A stretch of 64,000 nucleotides of DNA from assembly GCA_051294375.1 (NCBI GenBank), contig CM119264.1, forward strand, positions 20,612,248 to 20,676,247, written 5' to 3'. Position numbers and translations under genes: made by a program. This document shows, in pieces, positions 1-14,682 of the stretch (the stretch's first letter is position 1; each line of letters begins with the position of its first letter). The notes under the pieces are model-generated. The model searched no databases. It was not told the origin of the DNA and worked only from the letters and a program-made list of their open reading frames with translations. This stretch comes from Paraspadella gotoi. Lineage: Eukaryota; Animalia; Chaetognatha.

Positions 1-333
1 TTTAATATATAAAAAATTTAATTTTCAGCTTAAAATATAGCTTTTTATAATTTTTGACCCACTTAATGAAGAAATTTTTCAAAAAGAATTATATTTCTTT
101 TCATCAACTTTTTATGACGAATCCAAATGTGCAAAAAAATCTTAGAAAAAACTGTTTTGAAATTTTAACATTTATTGGATTAGTACTATGTACTAATATA
201 AATATGGCCCACTGCGTAAATTGTAAAATTTATTATAAATTTTTTTTATACATAAATATTCATTAGTATAATGTTGTTCGTTCCTCACTTTTAGAATTTT
301 AATTAAAGTTTAATTTAGAAATTTTACTACGCC
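1..333 (+). mobile_element. MITE family A, right part (cut by window edge)
   Basis: Matches ~37960-38278 and ends ACTACGCC-TTA. Confidence 0.75.
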
Positions 334-717
334 TTACTATGCAATGTACGATAATCAATATTTTATTACTTGGCGAAAAACGTTAACTCCCATTCACTTT
401 TGTCTTTTCACCTATTTCGTGATAATATTCTTAACTTTGTGGATGGATTCAAGAGGGAGTTAGAAATAATCAAGAGCGGTGAACCATGCCACGAAGAAAA
501 AAATGAACAGTTCCTATTCTGTAATCTAACTTACGAGATATCAAATAATTGATGAATGAGATTATGAGACATGAAACAGTGTAATTATCCTTACGTTTTA
601 ATCTTCAGCTTAATAACTATGAAATCTAATTTCACGATGCAGTGATTGTAAAGAAATTATTGAAATTTAAAAAGTTAAGAAAAGATTATTGTTATAGATG
701 TTAGTAAAATTGACTAC

Positions 718-3700
718 CTTCCATAATTCGCTCTCACTGGGCAAATCTGCCGATGTGAAATCCTGCTTCATGAGGATCATTTCAAAAAAATATTCTTTGA
801 GAAATGAATTTAGTCAGAACTTATTAAACAAACTTATTCATGAAATGGCAGTAGTACTATTATAAGATAACTGATTTTGAACTTACCCAATGTCCCTCGT
901 CACATTGCTCTTCCGCTTCCAGTGGATTCGCATAGACTTTAAGCTCTTGCAACGCTCCCTGCGTCAAGTTCATCAGCAATAATAACAATTAAAATACAAA
1001 ATTCAATGAATACAATGAATTTAAATTTAAAATATAAAAGTAAAAAAACTTACCACAAACTTTCCATCACTGAGGCTGCCGGCCTGAGCGACATACAAGG
1101 TAGACGCCGGGTCGAGTCGAATGGGTCTTTAAAAATAAAAGGAAGCAATAATTTAATCTTTATTAAAGACGTAGTAAATATAAATCTACGGCCGTAGAGG
1201 GTAGAAAAGTTTTGATATATCTTAGTTATCTTTGTGACATATACATCATGATAAGCCTACAATTCCGCAATCATATTATTTTTCCTTAAAACAATTTCTT
1301 CCTTTTAATCAAAGATTAAAATTTTCATTAAATAACACATCCTTTTCGTGGCCGAGATATGCAATAATTGTATATGAATAACGGTAAATCAAATGAGTGT
1401 AGAAGCTTTAAAACCTTGCGAAGCCGAAGGCGTCGGTTAAGCTGTTAACGACAAATGCATTAGTTAATATGGGTAAAGCGAGGGACAACAAAAAAAGTGA
1501 TTGATTCATAATTTAATGTTGGAGTTAATGACTTCATTTAAAACTTTATTAATTAACCAACCACAGGGGTTGGGAGTCTCCATTATCATAAACGGAAACC
1601 CTTAAAGCTCACTACCGGTAAAGAAAAATCGAAACTGTTAGGCTAATATTAAATTTAATTACTTTTTAATCGAGACTAAGATATTTTTGATTAAATAAAG
1701 AAAGACTGATTCAAAATGTCTCTCTGTGATAATTTACCTGTTCACTGATAATTCTCTTTGATGGCGTAAAACGAATTTACGTTCATTTAATAAAAATGTA
1801 CACACCCACTATTATTAATCGCTAAGGTATGCAAAAAACGATTAAACGATGCTGTGAAATCGTCAAAAAATACACACCCGGCGTGAAAAAAATATAGTAC
1901 ATAGAATGACACTTAAGCACACTCGAACTCATTTGTTTACTACCTTAATAGGCTAATCTCATGAAAAAAAATTAGAGAAGTAACAGGACGAATTTTATTA
2001 CAAATTGACCAATTCCGCGTAGATTCCAGTGGAATCTTTTTAAATCTATAAGTATTATGTACTCATACTTTTTACCTTCTGTCAACAAATATTCTTTCGT
2101 ACTCTTCGCAGTTAAAGTAAAGCGTAACTTCTTGTCCCGCAACCTACAATGACAGAAAAATAAAAAAAATCTAACGTGCAAAACGATCACTTAACAAATA
2201 TAGAGAAATATAACAAAAGAACACTTGAACAGGTCCAAGGGTGTTTACGTCCATCCACGCCCATCCGCGTAGTGAAAGTTACATACAAAAATTTTAAATG
2301 TCAATTATGAACAACATACCTTCAGTAAAAATTAATTTGTAAAAAAAAATTAATTTTCTATTCTTCAATTTTCGCAGTAGGCTATATTTATATATAGTAC
2401 TATCCTTATAAAATCGAAAAATTTCAAAATAGACTTATTTAAATTTTGATTACAGATTTTAATTCCTCGTCAAAAGTTGATAAAAGAAAATATAAATCAT
2501 TTTTAAAAATTCTTTCATTAAGTGGGTTAAAAATTAAAAAAAAACTATATTTAGTATATAAAATTTTAATTTTCAGCTTAAAATATATAAGAAATATAAC
2601 TCTTTTTTAAAAATTCTTTCATTAAGTTGATCAAAAACCTATAATAGGTTTTTTATATATTTGATCAATTTAATGAAAGAATTTTTAAAAAAGAGTTATA
2701 TTTCTTTATATTAACTTTTCATGACGAATCCAAATCTGTAAAAAAATCTTACAAAAAACTATTTTGAAATTTTAACATTTATTGGATTAGTAGTAGTATA
2801 ACGTCCAAAGTCAGGGACAAGATAGCTTATTTATTAAATGAAAGGATAATTTTTATATTGTATTTTGATGCTAGTGCGGAGTACAATATAGTATTCCCCG
2901 ATCTAATACTTAAGGGAGTGGTCTTTTCATACAATTGAAACATTCTTTGAAATATTATACCACTTCATTGATAGGGAAGCCAGCTTCACTGGGAGTGAAT
3001 TAACTAAACTGTGAGAGAGTCTTGATTGAAAGCTATAAGAAACCACCTTAAACCACCAAAGCCTATCCAAAGTCAGGAACAAGATAGCTTATTTATTAAA
3101 TGAATGGATAATTTTTCTATTTCTTGTACCAATTTCATATATAGCCTACTGCATAAATTGTAAAATTTATTATAAATTTTTTTATACATAAATGTTCATT
3201 ATTATAATATTGTTCGTTCCACACTTTTAAAATTTTAATTAAAGTTAAATTTAGAATTTTTACTAGGCTTTAATCCAGAGGTTTTCCGCTGGGTAGGTAC
3301 TGGGTACACGAGCACGAAAAAAATCCATGACGGAGTTCAACGTGATATTGTCCTGTCTTAGTGACACTTAGTTGACTCTCATTGTCGATGATGCAAATAA
3401 TAATGATAGTGAGGCGGTGTGATATACCGCCACAGACAGAGAAGACTCAATTAGTAAAGAAGCCGGGAGAGCATACATTCGAACCTTGAAAGCGAGCCTC
3501 GTCCAATCGTCCACGAAGGCGGGAACAGTAAAGTTGACGAGGTTCACCGTTTTCTGCGTTGAAGCAAAACAAGTGGCAGATTAAGATTTAAAAATTGTTT
3601 TCTTATCTAATCTTAATATTTACGCATGTTTCAAGGAAGTAATAAAGCAGATGTTATTCAATCGTTATAAATCTACCTGACTGGTGCTAACGTCCGTGTA

Positions 3701-4180
3701 GAAAAGTGAAAGATTTTGGCGACCGGCGGCAACGGGGGAGACGTAGACGCCTGCAAAGGATTTGACATAAAAATAATAGTAATAATAATACTAATAATAC
3801 TAATATTATTAATAATACTAATAAATAATAATAATAATATATTAATAATAATAATAACAATAATGATTAAAAAAATAATAATAATAAAAATAAAAATAAG
3901 AAACTATTTCGGAATAAAAAACATCCCCCGATTCGTTTCTCATTTCGAGTTCATTGATTCGTCCCAGTCTTCCAGACGCATTCCTAAAAAAACTTTCGGT
4001 CAGCGATATAAAAAAAAACCTTTCTCGTGCCTCATCGATTTTAAGATATGTTATTGTTGTAATTTTTTTGTATGCGTGCATGGGTAGCGGGTATTTACAC
4101 CTTTTTCTTTGCCCCTAAACTTATTTAAATCGGGAAAAACTTAAAAAACCGGCCCGAGATAGCCATCGAGGCAGACGGCA

Positions 4181-4242
<62 letters not shown>

Positions 4243-6278
4243 TTTGTTTTTATTCCCTCCTTTTTTCGCTCGACGGTAATCTTTCTAAAACTTTTTTTTA
4301 TTCCATAAAAAAAATCAATCGAATCCCTTCATCATTCTTATCCTCTTTTTTCCTCTTCTCTTTTTTTCTCCTTGAGTCGCTTCCGACTTTTCCACCTGGA
4401 AGCCACCAACAAAAAATCAGGGACGCCACAAAAAAGCATAGGGATCGGGTTTTTCCTCTTTTTCTGAGAAGAAAACCTTCTAAAATGCCCATCTAAATAA
4501 GAAAGAAAACAAAAAATTAAAGCGGTGAAAAAAATCGTCTAACCAACTTTTTCCTGAGACTTTTTTTTTACAACGTTCCTAAGTAATGAAAACTTGATGG
4601 CGAACGTCAGATAACTGAAGAAAAATGCGAAACGAAATGAGCCAATTAAAATCTTTAGTCATTTAAAACTGATGAAGGTGGAAAATAACGGAAAGGGAAT
4701 TAACTTATGTTCGAAGATGAAAAAAATGAAAAGTACTAAAATTTATTTAAACAATAAAACGCGAGGAAATGGTAAAAGCTAGGGATGAAATAATAACAAT
4801 GTTAAAAAAAGTAATCGATAGGAATCAAACGTATCGCGAGTGAGAGGACTGAAAATATCTTTTAATATGAGAAAAACTTGGAGAAAAGAATATGAAAATG
4901 ACCAACAGATTAAATAGGCGTTTCTGATGACTAAGACGAGCTCAACATTTATTGCTCTTAACGATTGTCCCATTAAAGACGTTAACGATTGTCCAAACGA
5001 TTGTCTCGCGACGATTCGATACAATATAATAGTCTCGAGACCCCAGGATCTTACCCAGCTGGTTGACGGTCTCCTGCGGATTTACGACTGCGAAGAGATG
5101 ACCGCCGTCTGACGTCGTCTGCTTCAAGGTAACCAGAATCGAAAAGTCGATGTACATTTTCTCTGGGACGTAGCTGATCTCGCGTTAGGCGGTGTGAGAG
5201 GGGGGATCGGAAAGATTGGGTTCAAATTGAGTATAAGGGGAAGAAAAAAACATGAAATGTTTTTAAACTAAGTATTATTGTTTGCTTTATTACTTACGCG
5301 AGCGATTCGACCAAACAGACATAAATAGTTTAAGTATCGTTTAGTTTTGAAAAAAATAATCTAATCACATGATATGACCCAAAACAATAACTGTAGTCTA
5401 ATCTTAATGTAAGAAGCGTGAGAAGATTTATTCGGAAAAAAATTCGACCAGACATATCAAACAACTTGTCAATAAAAAAAGTGCTATGGTTTTTTTTCTT
5501 TTTACATTTGAAAATTTCTGAAATTTGATCGCCACTCTCAAATTTCGAGTATTTTTCTTTACTGAAAAAAATAATCGAAGATCATTCAATTATCTTTTAA
5601 ATTTAAAGAAAAACGTTTTATATATAATTTTTTCCGCAACAATCCCCTTCTCCCCTAAAAAAAACCAAGGAAATCCAATTTCTTTCTTTCTCTGGTTGTT
5701 TTGCCTGGGATTGGCCCCAATATTTGAAATTCCACGACGACGATGACGATGACGATGACGACACACCGATTACGATGGGGTTAATGAGAAAAAGCGAAAA
5801 AAAAATGCGGTAGTCGAAACGAACAGTTAAGGCCGAATTAAAGATGGTTATATATTACATTTTAGTGTAAACAATTCAAGTTTAATCCTTTTTCGTGAAT
5901 AAAAAACTGACGAGGGTTCTTATTTTCTTTTTTTCCCTTTATGTTTTCCCTTCTTTTTCTCAACTCATATTGTAATAGAATTAAAAGATTCTGACCCACT
6001 TTATCTCCGGCAAGTGGCGGAACTACTAGTTGAAGTCTCGTCCTGAAGCTAAGGACTCTTTTTTGATTTTAATCTCTTTCGTGGTTCTTCCCATTTTTAA
6101 ATATCAGATTAACGCCTTACTGTGACGCCCTCTGTGACTTACAGCGAGGACAGCCTGCTGATCTCCGCCCTCTCGGAAATCTCAAAGGCTGGGTATCCGT
6201 CGAAGCCTGAGACGAAGCGGATGGATTCGTCCAGGGGAATGCCGATGAGTTGGAGGAGATCGATTTCCGTCTGCGGAC
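718..6278 (-). CDS. Multiplexin (collagen XV/XVIII family), TSPN/LamG-domain exons; gene continues beyond the left edge of the window
   Basis: Phase-consistent GT-AG exons 6278-6143, 5173-5055, 3750-3677, 3553-3485, 2143-2076, 1126-1054, 958-887, 762-718. They splice to GPQTEIDLLQLIGIPLDESIRFVSGFDGYPAFEIS...YVPEKMYIDFSILVTLKQTTSDGGHLFAVVNPQETVNQLGVYVSPVAAGRQNLSLFYTD...NFTVPAFVDDWTRLAFKVAGQEVTLYFNCEE...LDPASTLYVAQAGSLSDGKFVGALQELKVYANPLEAEEQC. This follows the COL15A1/COL18A1/Drosophila Mp TSPN pattern (LxQLIGxPL..V.FV.G..GFPA; GGxLFA; FVAQAG; C-terminal EEQC). Confidence 0.9.
2267..3268 (+). mobile_element. MITE family A with internal rearrangement and nested insertion (~2800-3142)
   Basis: Starts GCGTAGTGAAAGTTACATAC and ends TTTTACTAGGC. 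It is interrupted at a TA-rich site by a segment with ~55-bp direct repeats (TCCAAAGTCAGG.ACAAGATAGCTTATTTATTAAATGAA), also seen at ~49099-49162. Confidence 0.7.
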
Positions 6279-6417
6279 CTGGAAAATGACCAAGCGATGA
6301 ATCAATATAAAATGATCAAATATGAGTTAGCGTATGACATATTTAATAGACTAGTAAAATAATTTTTAGTGTACAATTTCATAATGGAGTGCTTACAAGC
6401 AGAGAGTTAACTCTTAC

Positions 6418-6461
6418 TTCCACTGAAGATGACATAGAAACATATGTCGAAATATATGGAA
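6418..6461 (+). ncRNA. Minimal type I hammerhead ribozyme motif (Penelope-type)
   Basis: TTCCA-CTGAAGA-T-GACATA-gaaaca-TATGTC-GAAA-TATA-TGGAA: 5-bp stem I, intact CUGANGA and GAAA core, 6-bp stem II, very short palindromic (ATAT) stem III. Confidence 0.75.
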
Positions 6462-7121
6462 AATTTATAATTTTCTCTTTTTTTTCTGCACTGCACTCCA
6501 TTATGACATTGAGCGTTTTCATCATTATACTAACTGTGTACAAGAAATGACGTTAAAAGAACTTTTAGTGTAATAACTAATAATTAATCATAAATTATTA
6601 ATTGCTAATAATGAATAATTATGAGTGTAATAATTAAGAGTGTAATAATTAATAGTGTCACAATTAATGAATGAGAAAATATTATAAAAAAGGACGAATG
6701 AAAAGAAAAAAATTAATGAATGAATGAATTAAAAATATAATATGTGCATATAAAAATAATAAAACATTTCAATAAATCATTCAATCAATTAATCAATCAA
6801 TCAATCAATAGAAATATATTTTTGAATCATTAAATGAATTCAAAATGGAATTAAATTAAAACAGGTATCTTTTATAATTGAATGATAGACAAAGCAGTGA
6901 TAAAGCTGGGCGGCTAATTCACGGAGAGAATGTTTCATCAGTTTACTTTTTACTTTCTCCTCTTTTCTTTGAGCTTTTCCTTTTATCTTCGTCTCCTGTT
7001 CGTCGTCGTCGTCGTCGTCGTCATTGTCTTCCAACTCTTCTCCTCAAGTGGAATCCGAAAACCGAGTCTAATCCTTTTCATCCCAAACAAAGGGTCAGTA
7101 ATTTGGCAGATGAGCTAAGTC

Positions 7122-7249
<128 letters not shown>

Positions 7250-8258
7250 CGGATTCAGTCAACCTTTCGCCTTGACCCCCCAGGATTTTCCCTGTCTTCG
7301 ACGGCGGTGGCTACAAAGTCTCTTTCATGCGTCATTCTTGTCCTTTGATAAGAGGCGCTACTTTCGATCCGCGAAACAAACATCACAAACAAAAGTCGCT
7401 TTGTGTTGTTTCGGATAAACAATATCCAGCGCCGATAACTTTTCGTTCTTCCTTGGATAAATTTGTGATCTGTCTTGTTTCGACCGAAACCGAATTAGAT
7501 TCTTGAATCCCGTTGTTGCTGATTACCGTAATAAAAAATAAATAAATAAAAATAAATAAAAAATATTATTACAAGAATTCAAAATTTTTATGTTTTATTG
7601 GTTAAAATTAGCAAAAACTATAAAAATTATGGTATGATGATGATGATGATGATTTTTAAGGGTTTTTTCCTTATTTGACCCACTTATCATTGAAATATTA
7701 AGAAACGCATTATACTTTGTGTAGTCAACTTTTTATGGGCTATCTGAATCCGTTCTTAAAAAATAATTTTGTTACAAAAAATTTTTTTTATTGCCTGTGC
7801 ATTTATAAATATTTAAATACTTCAATGTTATACTGTGCTTCACTAGTTATAAAAGTGATAGAAAATATTGATTAAGTATATGATGGACAAATTAATTTTA
7901 TATGACAGAACTTCTAATGATAAAAAGGTATCAAAATTAACCCGTCTTACGTGATTAGTCGATTACGTTACTATTTTGTTATTAGGCGACATCTTTTTAA
8001 AGATATCATTTTTTAATGAACAGAAAAGATTTACGATGTCCGTTTTCAACATACCGCCCAGCAACATTTTCCGTTTCTAACGATCTCCCATCCTCTTTTA
8101 TCATTCTCACCCTCGCCCCTAACCTTGCCCTCCTCACCCTTCTAGTATATTATGCTGATCCGCTGGGAATTCGGGAAGGCGGAACTAAGGGTTCCGTCTG
8201 GCGGCGAGGGAACACAATTCGGATAAAAGAAATCGACAAAAGAACAACGGTTTGGATG

Positions 8259-8315
<57 letters not shown>

Positions 8316-10033
8316 AGGAGAGAGAGAGAGAGAGAGAGAAGCAGAGAGTGAGATAAAAAATCGAGAGGAAATGAGACTCTTTTCTCGTAATCCGACGATT
8401 GACGAGATTTTGGCTTTTGTTCGGCTTTTCGTCGCTTTTCATCCGCTTTCCTCGAGCCTACGACCCGCCGCGCCGTTTCTTTTCCGATTCATTAAATCCG
8501 ATTCTAATTTTTTTTTTTTCCCCGATTTCTCGTATTTTTTTCTTCCTCACAATGTTTTTTTTTCATTCTGGTCCCCTCGATCTTTGCTTATGACTCTCCA
8601 TCAAAACGAATTTCACGCTGACACAAACTTGACCAATGAACATCCATTATCTCTTCCTCTTCTTCTTCTCTTCTTCCTCCACCCCTTTCCTCTTTTCCTT
8701 CCCTCTCACCCTCTCTTTTAAGATCCACCTTATCAGAAAAATCGCTCGCATCTCAATTCAGAGATTCGAGTGAGGAGATCGTATTCGCGATTAGACATTC
8801 GAGATTGGAGATTCGCGAGTGCAGATTCCAGATACGTAGGAGATTCGTGATTGGCGATCGATTTTTATCGCCCTCGGCTTCCGGCCCGCCTAGGTGTTTC
8901 TCGAGGCTGGTGGCGGAGGGGCCGCACCAGTGGCGGCGGCGGTAGCGGCTGCGGTGGGCGAACCATAAGTCTCGAATTGTAACCTTTGGGTAAAGTTACA
9001 AAGTTCTCGTGGTTACTTTTTGAATATGCAAAACTATTTCAGGAATGTTATTTATAATTTATTTATCTGTCACAGTACAAATACTACAGTTAAAAATTCC
9101 CGATTACACATTACGACATCGGACTGTGTGTGCACAGTTATCAAAAACTGTTTTTAGTGAAATTTCAAACCCAGTCGGGGCGAAAGCAAAATCTGAAATT
9201 CTTTCTTCGTTAAAATGACGCGCGAGGGCGACAAGCGATCGACAGGCGCTTAAATTTAAAGACCTACAAAGGAACCGCCAGCTCAGTTGCCTTATCGAAT
9301 GTGGGGTGGGGTACAGGGACTGGAGATAGGGCAAGGAGAAGAATTGTAAGAAAATCATGTCGCATTTTTGGTGTGAAGGAGTGCAAAGAGAAGCGAGGTG
9401 ATGAACAGGTGGTGGGTAGCAGGGTAAGTCAAATACGTCGAGGAGACAGCGATGCGGCCGAGGAATATTTACGGCACGCCTTAAAATCGAGTAAAAAATG
9501 AATAATTTCGATTTCTAACTTCGAGGGTGTTCTTCGAACGCAGCCTCAGCTATTCACCAAAAAAAAAAACACAAAAAACAAAAAAACAGTGTATCGATTG
9601 TATTTGTTAGTTCATTGGTCTATTATCTAAACGATGAAGGAGCTTCCAACCAACCAATTTTCTTTTGGGATCACTTCATCGAAATCGAATTTGAATTTAG
9701 ACGAAATTTAAAAGTAAATCGACGCTCGATGGGAGTTTCCAGGTTTCTCGGAGTCGGGGAGCTTCCTGCTTCACCACCTGCTCCGTCCGCACCTCCAGCC
9801 CTTCTGAGATCCACCTTCTGAATTATCTTTTTTTCCCTCATACTTGGGAACCGTCACTCTCGCTAACCATCAGCCCCTCTTATTTTTCACCTCGCCTCCA
9901 AAAATCTTAACAAAGGCGCCCTTAGAACCTCTTGCGAAAAAATGAGGATGAGAGAATGAAGAAAATTAAATTCCTCTAAATAAACTGGAAAAGGAAAAAA
10001 TTAATTTAGTGAACGAAGCATCGAAACACTCGT

Positions 10034-10084
<51 letters not shown>

Positions 10085-11131
10085 TTAATGAATGAATATA
10101 CGGATACGACCCTGGACACCTGGACAGTGTCCAGGAAAGTGTGTAAAAAGCTTTGTTAATAAAAAGCAAACGAAAAACACAGAGATTGGAAAATTATGAA
10201 ATCCACAACAATAGTCAATGCTACAATTAGAGTTAATCGGTTCTAATTTCTAAGTGGTCTTTTGCAGAGAATATAAATAGTAGTACTAAACAGATAGTCC
10301 ATGAATTACACAAGAAAACCCGAAGAATTCTACTTGACATTTATGAGGGAGTTTTTTTTTTCATCATAGCAGAACGTGAGAAGAGAATTGTGAGATTGTG
10401 ACTTCTCTTCTTCAATTTCTTTAAGGAGAGTGAGAGAGAGAGAGAGAGAGAAGCCGTGATTGGTTGTAGAAATGGCTCGTCAAAAAAATTCCTGCCACTC
10501 CGTAACCTTTGAATTTAACTGTAAAAAACACCCCTGAAAATATAGGATAGTAAGATTTTTATAATCGTGAACAAGTAATTTATCTTAGTACTGTGCCTCG
10601 TCAAGTGTGTGTCAAGTTTTTTGAACCACTAAAAAAACATTGTTACGTTCTATGTACTGCTTTGTAAATTTTAACAACGAAAACGAAATCCAATTCTTTT
10701 TTGTGCGAGTGTTTTCATGTTAGAAGGGAAAGATAGGAATTTTTTTCCCTTTTTTTTAACGTTTATTACAAAAATAAACACGGTTGTACCTCGAGACGAA
10801 TATTTTATAGTCCAGCACGAATTCCCAAAGTGTATTTTCAAGATTTAGGGAAAAAAGAGATAAACCGAGTTTCCTTTCTTGAAAAAAAAAAAATAAGAAC
10901 GAGAAAAAATGGAACATTCCCTTTTTTTTTATTAAGCAAAATAAAAAACATGAGACTATTCGAATCTAAAAATAGAAAAGCATAATCAAAAGACGCGGTT
11001 ATTTTCTCTTTCCGATTTTCCCCGATTTTCGCGGTTGTACTTCGAGGAAAAAACTTTGTTGACTCGCAGACTTGAACATTCTGAATTGTGGCGCAGGGGA
11101 CGAGGGAGAGGGGAGGGCGAGAGAGCAGCAG

Positions 11132-11185
<54 letters not shown>

Positions 11186-12699
11186 AATAAAACCCAATTT
11201 ACATCGACAATGATAAAATGAGTCAACGACCAGTAATAAAATCCAACAAGGAGTTTCTTTATTCTTGTTTTTATAGACTCACGCTAATTAGGCCTTCGAG
11301 AATTCGAATTCGCCCGGGAAATTCTTACGTTTACTCTGAATAGTGAATAGTGAATCTGAACACTCTTCTAGTGGGGCTCACGTTCAATCCCCTATTCATT
11401 TCTCCAGCTTCATTGTTATAAGTTTGGCTTCAATTCATGCGCGGGTTGATCTTTTTCTTTTCCAGATCGCGTTAAGTGGATAACACCTCTCCTGCTCATC
11501 TTTTAAACCACCCACAGGACTCGGAAGAAACCTCCCACGCCTAGACGGCATCGCGCCAACTTCGTCCCGCGCCAAATTTTCTCGATCTTTGCCAAGTGGT
11601 TTCTTCAGAGGGATTATTACAAAGCATTTCCGATTCGTTCTTGTTTCCCTAATTATTTATTCTTCTTTTTGTGGCACGGTCTTGAGTAGCGCTAAAGCAT
11701 GACGAAAGCCGTGGCAACTGCGTGGCGCGGTTCTAAGCAAGCGTGACGATTGACTTAAGTCTCAAGAGTAAGTGTGGCGCAGGGAAAGTAAGTCACTCAA
11801 CATCAGAGACAATTTGTTTCAATTTCAATTGTTTGGTTCTCAATACAAATTGGTTGCAGATCTGTTTGACTTAGTTTCTCCTTTGATAATGTAGCTTGTT
11901 ACATTGTTGAGAAGATAAAAACAATATTGAGAAATGTTTTGATAGAACATTTAATTTAAGATCAAAAACAAGATTGAATGAATTAGAATTGAAATCAATT
12001 AAAGAAAACAATTGGGGAAAATATTTGAAATTGGGGGTTTTACCTCTTTTGTCAGTGGCGGCAATTAAAAGGAAACAAAAGGCTTCGACTTTATTTTAAA
12101 GCTTTATTTAGTAATACTAGAATTCGCTCTAAATGGCCGCATTTTCATCGTTTCTTCATTTCATTTTCTCCGTGGAGATTTTCAACTTCGATTTTTTTAC
12201 CATTTTCTATTTTTATATCGAGACTTATTAGTTATTACGCTTCTTCTCTTTCTTTTCTCCTGGCCAACACTCTGTTTCGTTTCTTTCTTTTTTCCCACGC
12301 CAATATTTCATTATTATTCATTCATTGTTATTTCACATCAGTCGATAACGTCTTTTAGTCTTTCCTACGATTTCTAGGTTTCCTTTTCTTCCCCCAACTC
12401 CAATTTCCTTTCGCGCCCTTCCTATTTCCTTCTTCTTTCTTCCTCCCTCGCTAAATGTCCACCTACAATTATTTAAATTTTTTCCCTCCACAGGTCTTCT
12501 TACCATTCAAAGTCCCCCACATTTTTATAGCACAGAAACGAAGATCCTAGGCCTTTTTAACGGTCAGTCAAACCCGATGTCGAGAGGGCACGAAACCATT
12601 CGCGCGCAGTAATTTCGGCGGTAAAAAACCCAGAGAGAGAGAGAGATAGAGAAAGAGGGCAAAATGGAGAGAGAAAGGGTGGGAGAAAGTTTCAAAGGG

Positions 12700-12744
<45 letters not shown>

Positions 12745-14254
12745 CAATTTAACAACAAAAAACACGGTTCTTTTTAAACCCTCATTAAATCCGAGTTAAC
12801 AACTGAGAAGCCCATCTTATGTTTGTGAAAGTCTTGATTATAGTCGTTTGAGGAAAACGAAGATAAGGGAAAAGAAAGGCTGAAAGGAAACGAAAAAATA
12901 GCGAGGATCCTGTGAAAGCGACCTGTTGAATCTTTAAATAGCATCTTTTTCATTTTTTCTCTTATTCTTTCTTCCGCCAGTACTATTGTAGCTGTCACAA
13001 TTTTGCATAGGTCAGAAAACGACTTTCAGTTCAGATTCAATTGGAATTTTCTACTCGGAGGAGAGTTTTACACATATTTTTTAAAAATTTGTATCTCTTA
13101 TGAAACCAGCTGATCCCAGCCATCATTCATCTTCAATCAAACCACGGATGACAATCCACCACACCCACAACGTACACATCCACTTTTCCCGCCCTCCATT
13201 AAAAAAAATCATCTGGATTCTTTCCCCCGCCCTCCGCTCCTCGCCCCCTATTTTTATTCTCTGGCATTTTACTGGTTTCGGGCAGAGTGTTTGCCTAAAG
13301 GGCGGTGGTGGTGGTTGTAGTGGTTTTGGTTTGATGGCGGTGGATATGACCGGGATTCGAAGCGTGTTCTTAGGGTAAAAAATTTTCTTGAAGTAATTTC
13401 GGTGTTGAAAGTTAAAGAGATGATTTTTCGCCGGTTAAACGAAGTTTCTTTCGCTGGTGTTTTTCATTATTCGTTTTACGGAAAGCCTGTGAGGTTGATG
13501 AGACTTTTATGGCTGCACTGTGACTTTCTTTGTTTGAAAACACGCCCCCAAAAAAGAAAAAAAAAAAGAATATATATTAAGAGCTCTTTCGAAAATCTCT
13601 TTCTCGTAACGGACTAAAAGACTAAACAATTAAAGTTACAAAATTTAAAAAAATAAACGATATCGCAGACAAATGAAAACAAGAATGAAGACGAAAGCTC
13701 TTTAGTTTTGACGAGACAGATCAAGGACTGACGAAGGAAAAGGGAGGGAGGGAGGGAGAGAGATACTTCGGCGTCTTACAAAAATAAACGATAGAAGCAG
13801 AGGAAAAGCTTTTCAAGCTTCAAAATAAATATTACTCTTCGGATGTTTTCTACTTTTTTCGAGAGTTAAAAAAAAATGAAATCTTTACAGAAAAGATAAT
13901 CTCCAACATTCTTAAGAATCGTGGTTTATTTTTATTCAACTGAAATGATCCCATCCCCTGGGGTTAACTAAAGCTCCCTTGCCGAGCTGCGTAACCCTAA
14001 TCGTCCGGATTTTAATCCCATCTCTTTGGCAGCAGAGGGGTGTCTCTCTTTTTCCGCCCCAGCGCCCCTTCTAATGAAGGGTTAATTCCTGCGTTTCAAT
14101 CCCAACAGACCCGAAGAGTCCTCGGCAGGAACGCGAGGCCAAGTGAATTAAATCGAGGCTTTCGGATTTGTGAGCCGATGAGTGAAACTTGTGGATTATG
14201 AATTGTTGTCCTGCCAATGCTATTTTCCATCGGTGCAGTATAGACTTTGCATTG

Positions 14255-14634
14255 CTAAATTAGAGATTTAGTCCCATAATGCCATCTGGAGACACCAAAG
14301 TATTATTTTTATTTTTCATTATACCATCTTTTTTCCAATATTCACCATCTCCATCGACTAATCACCTTCAGTCACTCAGCCCTCGCTCGCCTCCCCACCC
14401 GCCGCCTCTAGACCTGGCGTGACGCTCCATATGATCCTTCGCGGTCTCCACGTTCCCCCGAGCTTCGCTGACGAGGTTCTCGGGATTGAGGGACGCCATC
14501 AAATTCTTGTTGAAATCTTCGAACAACAACTGAGGAGGTGGTCGGCGGTGGCGGGGGGGGGGATTTGTTTTGGTAAACGAAAAAGAGAAGATGAAGATGT
14601 CTCTTGATCGGGATCAAGTATCTTATCTCTTCAT

Positions 14635-14682
<48 letters not shown>

